From an uncultured delta proteobacterium (GTDB taxonomy: Bacteria; Myxococcota_A; Polyangia; Polyangiales; B10-G4), in the NCBI GenBank assembly GCA_963727445.1, contig CAVSGI010000005.1:128001-192000 (forward strand): a stretch of 64,000 nt of DNA, in the 5' to 3' direction. This document shows, piece by piece, positions 50,384-62,427 of the stretch. Each line of letters starts with the position of its first letter. The stretch's first letter is position 1. The notes beneath the pieces are model-generated. The model saw only the letters and a program-made list of their open reading frames with translations. It made no database searches and was not told where the DNA came from. A program made the translations under genes and the position numbers.

Positions 50384-51456
50384 CTAGTGAGAGCGCGACA
50401 CGGCCGCCGGCGACGAGCTGGACGCGAGTGCTGTTGGGTGGGGCGCGTCCCGCTCGGTCCAGAAGCGCGACAGCTCCGGCCAGAGGCGCTTCTTCGCGCC
50501 TCGGCTCACGACGGCGCCGACGTGTCCGCCGGGCAGGTGCAGGTGGCGCTTGTCCTCGCTCCGGACCTTGTCGAGGATCGCGGCGGCGCCTTCCCAGGGG
50601 ACGATGTAGTCGTCGGCGAAGGTGACGGCGAGGAGTGGGCAGCGGACGTCTTCGAGATGCACGGCGCGGCCGGCGATGGAGAGCGTGCCGTGCCACAGCT
50701 GGTCGTCGCGGTAGAGGTCCTCGATGTAGCGCTTGTAGAAGGCGCCGGGGAGGCCGACGTTGTCGTTGCCCCAGGTCTCGAGGGCGAGGAAGCCGTCGAG
50801 GGATTCGTCGGTCCAGGCGCGGTCGAGGACGTGCACCGCCTTCGACAGGCTGAGCGTGGGACGCAGGAGGTGAAAGGAGCCCTGGAGGATCTGCCAGGGG
50901 ACGATGCCGGTCGCGCTCACCAGCGTGCGGACGTCGAAGCGCTTCGAGCGCGTCCAATTGGTGAGCACCGAGTCGTCGGCGAAGCGGATGGGCGCCGCGA
51001 GCTGAACCAGCGACGCGACGTGCTCGGGGTGCTTGGCGGCGTAGATGGCGGTGAAGATGCCACCCATGCAGTAGCCGAGGAGATGTGCGGTTTCGGTCCC
51101 AGACTCGCGCGTCGCCTTTCGGATGGCGCGGCCGAGATAGCGCTCGGCGAAGTCGTCGAGCTCGAGGTAGCGATCCTCGGGGCCGGGCGTGCCCCAGTCG
51201 ATGCAGTAGACGTCGTGGCCCTGCTCGACGAGCCACTCGGCGAAGCTCTTGCCCGGCATCAGATCCAGCACGTAGTGCCGGTTGATCAGCGACGGCACCA
51301 TCACGATCGGCGTTTGATGCACGCGCCCCGCCTCGGGCGAGGGGCGGTAGCGGAGCAGCCGCCATTTGTTCTCGCGGTGGACGACGTCCGCCGGGGTCAT
51401 CCCGACCTCAGGCATCGGTCGCTTCAGGCGCGACAGGAAAGGGATCAGACCACGCA

Positions 51457-51457
<1 letters not shown>
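50384..51457 (-). CDS. phaC: Class III-type PHA synthase-like protein (PhaC paralog A)
   Basis: TPADVV, PSLINRHYVLDL, IDWG, GYCMGG lipase box, DDYIVP (Asp), GGHVG (His); 357 aa. Confidence 0.8.
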
Positions 51458-53165
<1,708 letters not shown>

Positions 53166-53179
53166 GATGGCTGTCCGGT

Positions 53180-53473
53180 TCAGCCCTGCGCGCGGCGCTC
53201 GGCGTCTTCGAGGCGCTCTTCCAGATCGAGGATGCGGCTCTGGAGCTGGTTGAGGGCGTGCATCGAGCGCTCCTGGTCGCGGCGCGTGGGCAGGCCCCAG
53301 AGGCTCCACCAGCGCGCGGTCGCGTCGTCGGAGGCCTTCTTGGCCTTCATCGCGGCGCTCAGCATCGCGCCCGACGGCTCGAGGACGACCGGGCTCTTCA
53401 TCCAGTGCTCGAGGTAGTTCGCCGTCGTCTTCTCCCAGGCGTCGAAGCCCTTCTTCCACGTGTCCCAGATCAT
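53180..53473 (-). CDS. Small PhaE-like (synthase accessory subunit-like) coiled-coil protein
   Basis: 97 aa; GLPTRRD...[15 protein letters not shown] resembles the PhaE C-terminal motif; PHA context. Confidence 0.55.
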   Translation of the reverse strand: MIWDTWKKGFDAWEKTTANYLEHWMKSPVVLEPSGAMLSAAMKAKKASDDATARWWSLWGLPTRRDQERSMHALNQLQSRILDLEERLEDAERRAQG

Positions 53474-53482
53474 GATTTTCTC

Positions 53483-54325
53483 CTAGAGCGCCAGGCGCCG
53501 GGTCTCCGCCGCCGTGCTGAAGTCCTCATCCGTTTCGCCGGCGAGACTCGTCGCCCGCGCCACCTCTCCGAAGCATTCGAAGAGGAAAGAAACCGTTCGC
53601 TGACTGGTGGCCATCCCCGCGGCGGGCTCCACCGTCACCTTCGTCCGCACGCGATGCGCCTGCTCGAACATCAGGTCGGGCAGGGCGACCACGCCCACCG
53701 CGTCCGCGTGAACCTCGTAGGTGTCGCGACCCGCGTAGGGCAGGCCGCGGAGGGTGCCGCCCACGACTTCGCCCACCGCCACGTGCTCCATGCCGGGCTC
53801 GATGGGGAAGCGATAGTAGGGCACGGGCTCCTGGTAGACGAGGAGCGTCTGCCCCTCGGGCGGGTTCTCTTCGCGCGAGGCGATGCCGAGAATCCAAAGC
53901 GCGGTGTCGTCGCGGAGGTAGATGGTCTCGACGCGCCCGCCCGCGTCGACGGGCGTGGCGAACTGACCGGTGGGGAAGGAGTCGGCGTACCAGCGGTCCG
54001 CGATGTCGACGGCGGTGATCTCGGCGAGCTGGTCGGTGCCGTCGTCGGCGGAGTAGTCCCAGAAGAGCTTGCCGTCGCTGTCGACGCGGCCGCCCACGTC
54101 GATGGGGACTTCGGTGCCCGCCGGGTTGACCAGGAAATTGACCGGCGTGCCGAGGACCACCGGCAGCTCGCTTCCGTCGATGCGGCCGTCGAGGTTCGGC
54201 ACGCACTCGAGGGGCGCCGGCTCGCCAGGCACGTAGTGATCGCGATCGACGAAGGTCTGGTTCTCCCCACAGGCACTGAGCGTGAAGGCGAGCGCGACGA
54301 CGACGTATGTGGCGTTCTTCTTCAT
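53483..54325 (-). CDS. Lipoprotein B (paralog of 57071-58033)
   Basis: Lipobox LSAC; CVPNLDGRID; ECFGEVA...FSTAAETRRL. Confidence 0.75.
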   Translation of the reverse strand: MKKNATYVVVALAFTLSACGENQTFVDRDHYVPGEPAPLECVPNLDGRIDGSELPVVLGTPVNFLVNPAGTEVPIDVGGRVDSDGKLFWDYSADDGTDQLAEITAVDIADRWYADSFPTGQFATPVDAGGRVETIYLRDDTALWILGIASREENPPEGQTLLVYQEPVPYYRFPIEPGMEHVAVGEVVGGTLRGLPYAGRDTYEVHADAVGVVALPDLMFEQAHRVRTKVTVEPAAGMATSQRTVSFLFECFGEVARATSLAGETDEDFSTAAETRRLAL

Positions 54326-55902
54326 CAGTAGGCGAGCCCCAGTCGAAGGCGGATGAGCTGCGCGGGTTTGGCGGAGAGGCCGAGCGTCGGGTTGCTCAGC
54401 CCGCTCATGGGGAAGAGCGCCGCGTACTCGATGAGCGCGTGAAAACCGTCCTCGTGCAGATAGGCCAAGCTCGGATCCACTTCCACGCCGAGGGGCCTCT
54501 CGCCACCCGGCGTCGAGGTGGGCTGCATCGCGAAGGAGGCGATGGCCGCCACGGCCAGGTCGAGCTCGCCGTGGGAATGCCGCCAGAGGCGATAGCTCGC
54601 GTGGGGCCGGAAATAAAAGGCGTCGGTGACGGTGCCGATGATCTCGCGGAAGAGGATCTTGTCGATGCGGTAGCTCGGGCTGAAGCGGAAGTTGTCGACG
54701 CGGTTGTCGCCGCGGGCCGGGTTGGCCTGGGGGCCGTCGAGGTCGCCGGGCTGCGGCGCGGGAGAGTTCGGGTTCTGGATGGCGCCGAAGCCGGGGGCCG
54801 GGTCGCCGCTGGCGAGGCCGCCGTCGAAGCCGAAGTGGAGATCCTCGTTCGCGAAGTAGAAGTCGCTCTCGAGGGCGCCGCCGTATTGGAACGAGTCGAC
54901 AGGGTTGCGAAGGAGCGCGCCGGGGATGAGCGTGGCCTGATCGATGTGCGCGCCGAGGACGGCCGCCTCCGCTTCGATGCGGCCCGAGGGCAGGGTGAGG
55001 CGGCCCCAGAGGCTGCCAGCGTAACCGCGGAAGCCGCGGTAGACCGACTGTGAGGGGGTGAGCGGCACCGCGTCGGCGGTGGCGACGTAGCCGACCGGCA
55101 CGTCGCGATCCTGCCAGCGGTACGCGAAGTATGCGCCCCACTCGCCGGTGATGCGGCCGGCGCGGGAGCGGCGGTTGCGGCTCAGATCCGTCTTCCAGTC
55201 GAGCACCGCGACGGTGACGCTGCGGACGTTGTCGCTCGGGTCGAGGTCGATGTAGCGGTTCGGTGCGCGCCGGGGGACGAAGGGGCCGGAAGAGGTGAAG
55301 TCGTAGGCGGCGGCCCAGGTGAGGCCGCCGATGGGGGTGATGAAGGCGATGCGGTCGGCGCTGTCGCCGGCGTCGCAGTCGCGGCAGTCGCCGCCGTTGG
55401 CGAGGACGCCCAGGCCGAACTGGTTGCCCATGCGACCGAAGGCGAGCAGGCCCACCGGCGTGAGCACCTCACCGTAGGCGCGCTCGACCTTGATGGGCGC
55501 GTCGGGGGAGCGCTGGTCGAGGCTCGCGGATGGGGTGCCCCGGGGCATGGAGCCGAGCGTGAGGTTGTCGAGGGTGTCGAGGCGGACCTTGACCGCGGCG
55601 AAGCCGCCCGGTGCGTAGACCGCGATGTCGCTTCGCAGGCGGAAGTCGGCGTGGGTCAGGAACTGGCTGCTCGGATCCGAGAGCGGCACCGGGAAGAGCG
55701 GATCGCCCGAGGGCGTGGGGCCGCAATCGAGGTCCCAGTTGTAGATGAGCGAGCCGCGCGTACGGAGCAGGCCGTGGAGCTCGGCCGACCAATCGACGTG
55801 GCGCCGGATGTCGTCGCCGACGTCGGTGAAGCCGGTGGCGGCCGCGGGCAGGGGGAGGGCGAGGATCGCGAAGAGCGCGGCGATGGAGAGATGGCGGGTC
55901 AT
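54325..55902 (-). CDS. Outer-membrane beta-barrel protein, TIGR04551-like
   Basis: Signal peptide; RAYGEVLTPVGLLAFGRMGNQFGLG, NFRFSPSYRIDKILFR, alternating beta-strand pattern, aromatic C-terminus. Confidence 0.7.
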   Translation of the reverse strand: MTRHLSIAALFAILALPLPAAATGFTDVGDDIRRHVDWSAELHGLLRTRGSLIYNWDLDCGPTPSGDPLFPVPLSDPSSQFLTHADFRLRSDIAVYAPGGFAAVKVRLDTLDNLTLGSMPRGTPSASLDQRSPDAPIKVERAYGEVLTPVGLLAFGRMGNQFGLGVLANGGDCRDCDAGDSADRIAFITPIGGLTWAAAYDFTSSGPFVPRRAPNRYIDLDPSDNVRSVTVAVLDWKTDLSRNRRSRAGRITGEWGAYFAYRWQDRDVPVGYVATADAVPLTPSQSVYRGFRGYAGSLWGRLTLPSGRIEAEAAVLGAHIDQATLIPGALLRNPVDSFQYGGALESDFYFANEDLHFGFDGGLASGDPAPGFGAIQNPNSPAPQPGDLDGPQANPARGDNRVDNFRFSPSYRIDKILFREIIGTVTDAFYFRPHASYRLWRHSHGELDLAVAAIASFAMQPTSTPGGERPLGVEVDPSLAYLHEDGFHALIEYAALFPMSGLSNPTLGLSAKPAQLIRLRLGLAY

Positions 55903-57065
55903 GGGATGACCCCCGTCTCTTGGTCGCGGTTCGTATCGGGCGAGTCGAGGGCTTGGTTGCGGGGGGCTCGCGCGGCTTCGCCGCTACGCCCCCCGTCGCG
56001 AGTCCCCGCGCTGTCGCGCGCGGCCTCGCTCTCCTCAGAGGCTTCGCTTGGCGAAGCCTCTTCGTTGTTCTGGGGGGCTCCTCGCCCCCCTCCGGCCCCC
56101 TCGGCCCCTTGCGGCTGCTCCGCAGCCGGGTCGGTGCCTTCGGCCCCTCCGGCTTCTTCCACAGCGACGACCTCCTCGACGCGCGGGCGCAGGAACGCCA
56201 CGAGGGCGTCGGTCGAGGGGTTGGCCGCTTCGATCATCGGGAAGTGGCCGCACTCCGGATACGTGCGGAGCTCGGCGTGCGGCAGCTGCTCGTAGAGGCG
56301 GTGGGCGTAATGCAGCGGCGTGACGATGTCCTCTTCGCCCCAGAGCAGGAGCACCGGCTGGACGATCTCGCCGTAGCGCGCCTCGGGCTCCTCGTAGCGC
56401 ATGGCGCGAACGGCGGCGAGGGCGGCGGCTTTGGTGCCGGGGCGCTCGAGCTGCGCGATGGCGTGGTCGACGAAGTCCTGCTCGATGATCGTCGGGTCGT
56501 AGAAGGCGAGGGCCATGCGGTCCTCGGGGCGCTGGTCGTAGTAGAGCGCGAAGAGCGCCTCGCCGACGCCGCCGGCGCGCGACATGTAGAAGAAGGTCGG
56601 CAGCTGCGCGTCGTAGACCCACGCGTCGTAGAGCGCGATGCGCTCGACGCGCTCCGGCGCCTCGAGGGCGAGCGCCAGCGCGACCGAGGCGCCGTAGGAG
56701 TGGCCGACGATCGCCGCGCGCTCGATGCCGCGGGCGTCCATCAGCGCGAGGACGATGCGCGCCTGCTCGGCGGGGGAGTAGTCACCCTCCGGGCGGTCCG
56801 ACCAGCCGAAGCCCTTGAGGTCGAGGGCGAGCACGTGGTGATCGCCTTCGAGCTCCGGGATGATCTTCGCCCAGGTGTGCAGCCCCGAAGCGAAGCCGTG
56901 GATCATCACCACCGCCGGCCCCTCGCCCTTTTCGACGTAGCGGATCCGCGCCCCGCGCACCTCGGCGTAGGTCGCCTCCGGCTCGTTGGGGAGCGCGCCT
57001 GCGTGATACGAGAGGCAACCCGTGAGGCAAACGGCGAGAGACAGCGAGGCGAGGAAGTGCTTCAT
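55899..57065 (-). CDS. Lipoprotein alpha/beta hydrolase (esterase/depolymerase-like)
   Basis: Lipobox LTGC, IHGF, DLKGFGWS, GHSYG, WGEED, CGHFP; low-complexity tail. Confidence 0.85.
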   Translation of the reverse strand: MKHFLASLSLAVCLTGCLSYHAGALPNEPEATYAEVRGARIRYVEKGEGPAVVMIHGFASGLHTWAKIIPELEGDHHVLALDLKGFGWSDRPEGDYSPAEQARIVLALMDARGIERAAIVGHSYGASVALALALEAPERVERIALYDAWVYDAQLPTFFYMSRAGGVGEALFALYYDQRPEDRMALAFYDPTIIEQDFVDHAIAQLERPGTKAAALAAVRAMRYEEPEARYGEIVQPVLLLWGEEDIVTPLHYAHRLYEQLPHAELRTYPECGHFPMIEAANPSTDALVAFLRPRVEEVVAVEEAGGAEGTDPAAEQPQGAEGAGGGRGAPQNNEEASPSEASEESEAARDSAGTRDGGRSGEAARAPRNQALDSPDTNRDQETGVIP

Positions 57066-57070
57066 GGTCC

Positions 57071-58033
57071 TCACGGCGCGAGCCGTCGCACCTCGGCGGC
57101 CGTGGTGAACTCGGCGCGGCGTTCGTTGTCCTGGCTGGTGATCGCGGCGACGGTGCCGAAGCATTCGCTCACGAAGAGGAAGGTCCGCACGGTCGTGACC
57201 AGAAGGCCCACGGTGCGCTCGAGGACCACCTTCACGCGCAGCACCTCGAAGGTGCCGAAGGGCGTGATGAGCTCGCCTTCGGCGTCGACCTCGGAGGTGT
57301 AGTCCTCGGTCCACGCGGCGATGAGGCCGAGGTTCGTCCCGCTCACGGTGGCCGACGTGTCCCAGGTCGCGCCCGCGGAGAGCGGGAAAGCGAGGGTCGT
57401 CACCGGCGGGTCGTGGCTGACGTTTGTCGCGGTCAGGCTGTCATCGGGGGACGCCACCCCGAGGAGCGCCAGCTCGCTCGGCGTGATCTGGAAGACGCCG
57501 AGGAGATCGTCGGTGTCGTTCAGGCGCGAGACGTAGCTCGCTTCGGGGAAGTCGCCTGCGAACCAGTAGCCGCTCGGATCGAGGGTCTCGACCAGGACCG
57601 CATGGTCACCGTCGAGATCGCCCGAGAGATCCCAGCGCCGCCGGCCGCCGCCGATGTTGTCGCCGGCGGTGGAGACGGTCACGTCGTTGGCCGTCCGGAA
57701 GTTCGCCCGGAGGCCCGCCATCAGCGGGACCTCGTCCCGCGTGATCACCCCATCGTGGTTGGCTGAGCAGCCGGGGATGCTGCTGTCGCCCATGGAGCCG
57801 TCGGTCGGCGTGGCGCTGTCGGCCGCCGAGTCCGCATCACCACCATCCGGCATCGCGCCGTCCTCCATGGTCGCGCTGTCGGAGGTGCCGCTATCGGTGC
57901 CGATGGGCGCGCAGGTCCCGTCCGCCAAGCAGAGCATGGAGGCGCAGTCAGCGTTGACGGAGCAGACTCGCCCGTCTGTGGAGTCCCCACAGCCTGCGAG
58001 GACGATACCCAAGGCGACGATCCAAGCCTTCAT
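57071..58033 (-). CDS. Lipoprotein A (paralog of 53483-54325)
   Basis: Lipobox LAGC; Cys cluster; CSANHDGVIT; ECFGTVA...FTTAAEVRRL. Confidence 0.75.
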   Translation of the reverse strand: MKAWIVALGIVLAGCGDSTDGRVCSVNADCASMLCLADGTCAPIGTDSGTSDSATMEDGAMPDGGDADSAADSATPTDGSMGDSSIPGCSANHDGVITRDEVPLMAGLRANFRTANDVTVSTAGDNIGGGRRRWDLSGDLDGDHAVLVETLDPSGYWFAGDFPEASYVSRLNDTDDLLGVFQITPSELALLGVASPDDSLTATNVSHDPPVTTLAFPLSAGATWDTSATVSGTNLGLIAAWTEDYTSEVDAEGELITPFGTFEVLRVKVVLERTVGLLVTTVRTFLFVSECFGTVAAITSQDNERRAEFTTAAEVRRLAP

Positions 58034-58063
58034 TGTCCCCACTGCCTCCCTGTGAAACCACTT

Positions 58064-58141
58064 CGCACTGCAAAATGGGTTGCGGGCAGGCGGCTTAGCG
58101 CTATCGTGGAGGGCTGTCAACGGAAATGTTGCACTGCACAA
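58064..58141. promoter_or_regulatory. Two PhaR-type boxes in the divergent intergenic region
   Basis: CGCACTGCAAAA (58064) and TGTTGCACTGCACAA (58127); TGC-N3-GCA core (first box has CGC). Confidence 0.65.
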
Positions 58142-58145
58142 ACCC

Positions 58146-58676
58146 ATGTTGGTGAAGAAATACGGCAACCGGCGGCTCTACGACACGAATTCGAGCCGCT
58201 ACATCACCCTCGACGAGCTGGCCGAGGCCGTTCGTGGGGGAAAAGACGTGCGGGTGGTGGACGCCAAGAGCGGCGCCGATCTGACCCAGGGCACCCTCGC
58301 TCAGATCATCCTGGAGAGCCGCGGCGCCTCGCGCCTCTTGCCCGTTCCCCTGCTCCTCCAGCTCATTCGCATGGGCGACGATGCCCTGGCAGAGTTCTTC
58401 CAGCGCTACGTGAGCTGGGCCCTCACCGTGTACCTCCAACTCAAGCAAAACGCCCGTGTTCTCGGAGCCTTGAACCCCTTCAGCGCCATGGGGCTCGGCA
58501 ACCCGGGGATGTATGGCGGCATGGCGCCGCCCCCGCCTCAGGTGGCTCCGGAGCCCATGCCGCCGGTGCCCCAACCGGCACCCGAAGAGGAGCCCGAGGC
58601 GCAGGACGATGTCGCCCAGCTCCGCCGCGAGCTCGAGGAGCTCAAGGCCGCCATCGCATCTGCAAAAGAAAAATAG
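58146..58676 (+). CDS. phaR: PHA synthesis repressor PhaR
   Basis: KKYGNRRLYDT...YITL...VVDAKSGADLT...LAQIILE (PHB_acc_N-type DNA-binding domain). Confidence 0.9.
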   Translation: MLVKKYGNRRLYDTNSSRYITLDELAEAVRGGKDVRVVDAKSGADLTQGTLAQIILESRGASRLLPVPLLLQLIRMGDDALAEFFQRYVSWALTVYLQLKQNARVLGALNPFSAMGLGNPGMYGGMAPPPPQVAPEPMPPVPQPAPEEEPEAQDDVAQLRRELEELKAAIASAKEK

Positions 58677-58705
58677 CGAACGATTCCAAGCGCTAGGGCT
58701 TGTCA

Positions 58706-58758
58706 TGTTGCGGTGCAACAAAAATCCTCTTGACCGAATCGGCCCTCGCTCTTAGCTT
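58706..58758 (+). promoter_or_regulatory. PhaR-type palindrome and sigma70 promoter of the phasin operon
   Basis: TGTTGC-GGT-GCAACA (58706-58720); TTGACC (58730)-N17-TAGCTT. Confidence 0.7.
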
Positions 58759-58802
58759 CCGCCCCGCTTTCGACGACCTTTTCGTCGAGATGGAGGCAGA
58801 AG

Positions 58803-59081
58803 ATGAGTGAGAAGAAGACTTCGCAGGCGCAAAAGACCGCCAATCCCTTCGAGACCCTGGCGACCGAGCAGATGGAGCGTTTCAACGCCCTCAGCGAGCA
58901 GTTCGCGGGCTACGAGCGCGAGGGCGCCGAGCGTGCCCAGAAGGCGGTCGACGAGATGGCGCGGCTCACCAAGGAGTCGATCGAGCACACGATGAAGCTC
59001 GCCGAGGAGTGGCGGAAGCTCTCTCTCGAGACGATGCAGAAGTCCGCCGAGATGGCGCAGAGCTTCCGGGGCCAGAATTGA
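58803..59081 (+). CDS. Phasin-like granule-associated protein
   Basis: 92-aa amphipathic helical protein with GGAGG RBS, downstream of phaR and a PhaR-type box. Confidence 0.6.
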   Translation: MSEKKTSQAQKTANPFETLATEQMERFNALSEQFAGYEREGAERAQKAVDEMARLTKESIEHTMKLAEEWRKLSLETMQKSAEMAQSFRGQN

Positions 59082-60115
59082 TGGAAGCGCGCGTCGCGCT
59101 CACCCCGAAGGACACCGTCCTTCGGGACGGCACGGCGAGCCTGTATCGCTTTCGGTCGTCCGGCGACAGTCCCCGGGCGGCCGAAGAGGCGGGCGGGTGG
59201 GGGAGGCGGGGAGGGTCTCCTTCACGGCTGCCGATGCTGGTGGTGCCCTCGTTGATCAACCGCTGGTACGTGGTCGATCTCCGCGAAGGGGTCAGCCTCG
59301 TCGGCTCCCTGGTCGAGCATGGCTTCGACACCTGGTGTCTCGACTGGGGCATCCCCGAGGACGAGGATCGTTACCTCTCCTGGGAGGACATCCTGGCGCG
59401 CCTCGCGCGGATGATCCGCAAGGTCAAGCGTGAGACCGGCGCCGACGAGATCGGCATCCTCGGCTACTGCATGGGCGGAACCCTCACGGGAATGCACACA
59501 GCCCTTCATCCCGAGGACATCGCGGCGTTGATCAATCTGGTCGGTCCCTTCGACTTCTCGAAGGGCGGGCATCTGGCGCTCATGACCGACCCGAAGTGGT
59601 TCGACGCGGACGCCGTCGCCGACGCCGGCAACGTGAGCCCGCAGCAGATGCAGGCGGGCTTCGTCTCGCTTCGCCCGACGGTCGACCTCGCCAAGTGGGT
59701 GCGCGTCGCGAGCACGGCCCACGACCCCGAGGCGATGAAGGCCTTCGCCGCCCTCGAGAAGTGGGCGGGGGACAACATCCCCTTCCCGGGCGAGGCCTAT
59801 CGTCGCTACATCAAGGAGCTCTACCAGGGCAATCTGCTCGTGAAGGGAGAGCACTACGTCGGCGGCAAGCGCGTCGACCTCGGCAACATCCGCTGCCCGG
59901 TGCTGACCATCGCCGCGACCCGCGACGCGATCTGTCCCTCGACGCTGCCAAGGGTCTGAACGACCACGTCGGCAGTGACGACACCGAGCTCTTCGGTGGT
60001 CCCCGGCGGTCACGTCGGCGCGGTCATCGGACACAACGCCCCCAAGAAGCTGTACCCGAAAATCGCCGAGTGGCTGGCGCCGCGCCTCGAAACGCGCGCC
60101 GTCGCGGTGGCCTGA
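59081..60115 (+). CDS. phaC: Class III-type PHA synthase-like protein (PhaC paralog B); compensating indels near 59936 and 59995
   Basis: TPKDTV, PSLINRWYVVDL, LDWG, GYCMGG, RDAICP, PGGHVGAV. Confidence 0.8.
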
Positions 60116-60139
60116 AATCGAAAGAGAAAGAAGACAGCC

Positions 60140-60886
60140 ATGTTGCTCGAAGACCTGAAGATCATCGTGACCGGCGCCGCCTCCGGGATGGGCGCGCACT
60201 TCGCGCGTCGCCTCGCCGAAGCGGGCGCCACCGTCGCCGCCGGCGACATCGACGAGGCGGGCCTCGCCCAGCTCCCGGGCCAGATCCACCGCCGACACCT
60301 CGACGTCTCGAACGAGGAGGAGGTGATCGGCTTCGTCGACTGGGCCCACGAGAAGATGGGCGGCTTGAGCGGCCTCATCAACAACGCGGGCATCATCCGC
60401 GACGGCCTGTTGGTCAAGAAGGACCGCCACACCGGCGAGGTGAAGCGCCTGTCCTCTGCCGACTGGAACGCCGTCATCGGGGTCAACCTCACGGGCGCCA
60501 CGATGATGGTGCGCGAGTCGGTGGCGAAGATGGTCGAGGCCGAGCAGCGCCCCGGCGTCATCGTGAACCTCTCGAGCATCTCCCGTCACGGCAACTACGG
60601 TCAGTCCAACTACGTCGCGGCCAAGGCGGCCCTCGCCGCCAACACCGTGACCTGGGCCCGCGAGTTCGCCCGCCACGGCATCCGCGTCGGCGCGGTCGCG
60701 CCCGGGATGATCGAGACACCCATGACCCAGGGCATGAACCAGAAGGCCCGCGACGCCGCGGTCGCCGCGATCCCGGTGGGCCGCATCGGCATGCCGGAGG
60801 ACATCTGGCAGGCCGTGAGGTTCGTCCTCGAGTGTGACTTCTTCGACGGCGAGACCATCGACGTCAACGGCGGCATGAGGTTCTGA
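60140..60886 (+). CDS. SDR oxidoreductase, FabG/PhaB-like (3-oxoacyl reductase)
   Basis: TGAASGMG, NNAGIIRD, GQSNYVAAK, VAPGMIET. Confidence 0.85.
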   Translation: MLLEDLKIIVTGAASGMGAHFARRLAEAGATVAAGDIDEAGLAQLPGQIHRRHLDVSNEEEVIGFVDWAHEKMGGLSGLINNAGIIRDGLLVKKDRHTGEVKRLSSADWNAVIGVNLTGATMMVRESVAKMVEAEQRPGVIVNLSSISRHGNYGQSNYVAAKAALAANTVTWAREFARHGIRVGAVAPGMIETPMTQGMNQKARDAAVAAIPVGRIGMPEDIWQAVRFVLECDFFDGETIDVNGGMRF

Positions 60887-60887
60887 A

Positions 60888-62427
60888 ATGGCAGACGGAG
60901 GTTTCGGCTGGCTCGCCTGGGCCGCGTTCGGCGCGTATCTGATCGTCACCACGCTCCTGGCGCTTCGCGGGATGCAGAAGACGAAGTCCTTCTCGGGCTT
61001 CGCCCTCGGCAACCGCGACATGGGGCCGGTGCTCGTCGGCATCACCCTGGCCGCCGCCACGGCGTCCAGCGCGACCTTCGTCATCAACCCCGGCTTCGTC
61101 TACGCCTTCGGCCTGTCGCGCGCTGTTGCATTCGGCGTCGCCTCGGCCCTGGGCGTGACGGTCGGGCTCATCGTCATGTAGCAAGGGCTTCCGCCGCCTC
61201 GGCAACGAGAGCCGACGCCCTCACGCTGCCCGCACTGGATCGGCGCCCGCTACGGCCACGACGGGGATGCGCACCTACTTCGCGCTGCTGAACCTCGCCC
61301 TCGCGGTGAGCTTCGTCGTCCTGCTCATCAAGGGCTCGGCGATGGTCATGCAGCACACCCTCGGCACGAGCTACGTGACCGCGCGTGCTCATCATCGTCG
61401 GCTTCGTCTTCAGCTACATCATCATCGGCGGCACCTACGCCCACGCCTACACCAACGCGTTTCAGGGCGCGCTCATGATCGTCGTCGCGCTGGCCATCAT
61501 CGGCAGCGGCGCTCTACCTGCTCTCCGACGGCGTCGGCCCCTTCTTCGAGCGGCCTCGCCGCGCAGGACCCGAACCTCGTCGAGCCGGTGAACGCGACAG
61601 CGGCCCGCTCTTCAGCTCCGCCTGGGACGTCTTCGTCTGCGGCTTCGTGGTGGCCTTCGGCCTCGATCTGTCAGCCGCACATCCTGATGAAGGCGCTCTA
61701 CCTGAAGAGCGACCAGGACCTGAACCGCTACCTCGTGGTGGCCTCGGTGGTCGGTCTGCTCTTCGCGGCGATCCTCGTCGCGGGCCTGTGGGCGCGCGCC
61801 GTCCTCGAGGGCGGCGTGGCCCAGGACGCGGCGATGGCGATCTACATCGGGGAGGCCTTCTCGCCGGCGGCCGGCGTGCTCATCAGCGTGGCCCTGCTCG
61901 CCGCGGGCATGACCACCATGGACGGCATCCTGGTCAGCGCCTCGACCATCGCGGGCAACGACCTGCTCCTCGGCGGCCTCGGCGAGCGCCTGGTCGCGGG
62001 CAAGAGCGACGAAGGAGCGCCAGAAGATGGCGCTGAGGGCGAGCCGCATCATCCTCGTCGTCATGGGCGTGAGCGCGTTCGTCATCGCCCTCGACCCGCC
62101 GCAGCTCGTCGGCCTCTTCGCGCAGATGGGCGTGTACGGCCTGGTCGCCGCGTCGCTGGTGCCGGTCGCCGGTGGGATCTTCTTCGAGAACCTGAACCCG
62201 CGCTTCGTCTTCGCGGCGGCCATCGTCGGCCCGCTGGTGCACTTCGCCCACTACGGCTGGGTGACCCTCGGCAAGGGCGAGATCCTCAACCCGGCCATCC
62301 CCGCGACCGAAGGGATCGCCGCGTCGGTGGTGACGCTGGCGGCGCTGACAGCCCTCGCATCGCTCAAAAAGCCGGGAACTTCTCCGGCCGCGGCGCCTCT
62401 GAGGGTAGAGGCTGGGAGGCGAGATGA
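60888..62427 (+). CDS. Sodium:solute symporter family protein (multiple apparent frameshifts)
   Basis: FALGNRDMG, ATASSATF, GGTYAHAYTNAFQG, QPHIL, AAGMTTMDG across several frames. Confidence 0.75.
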
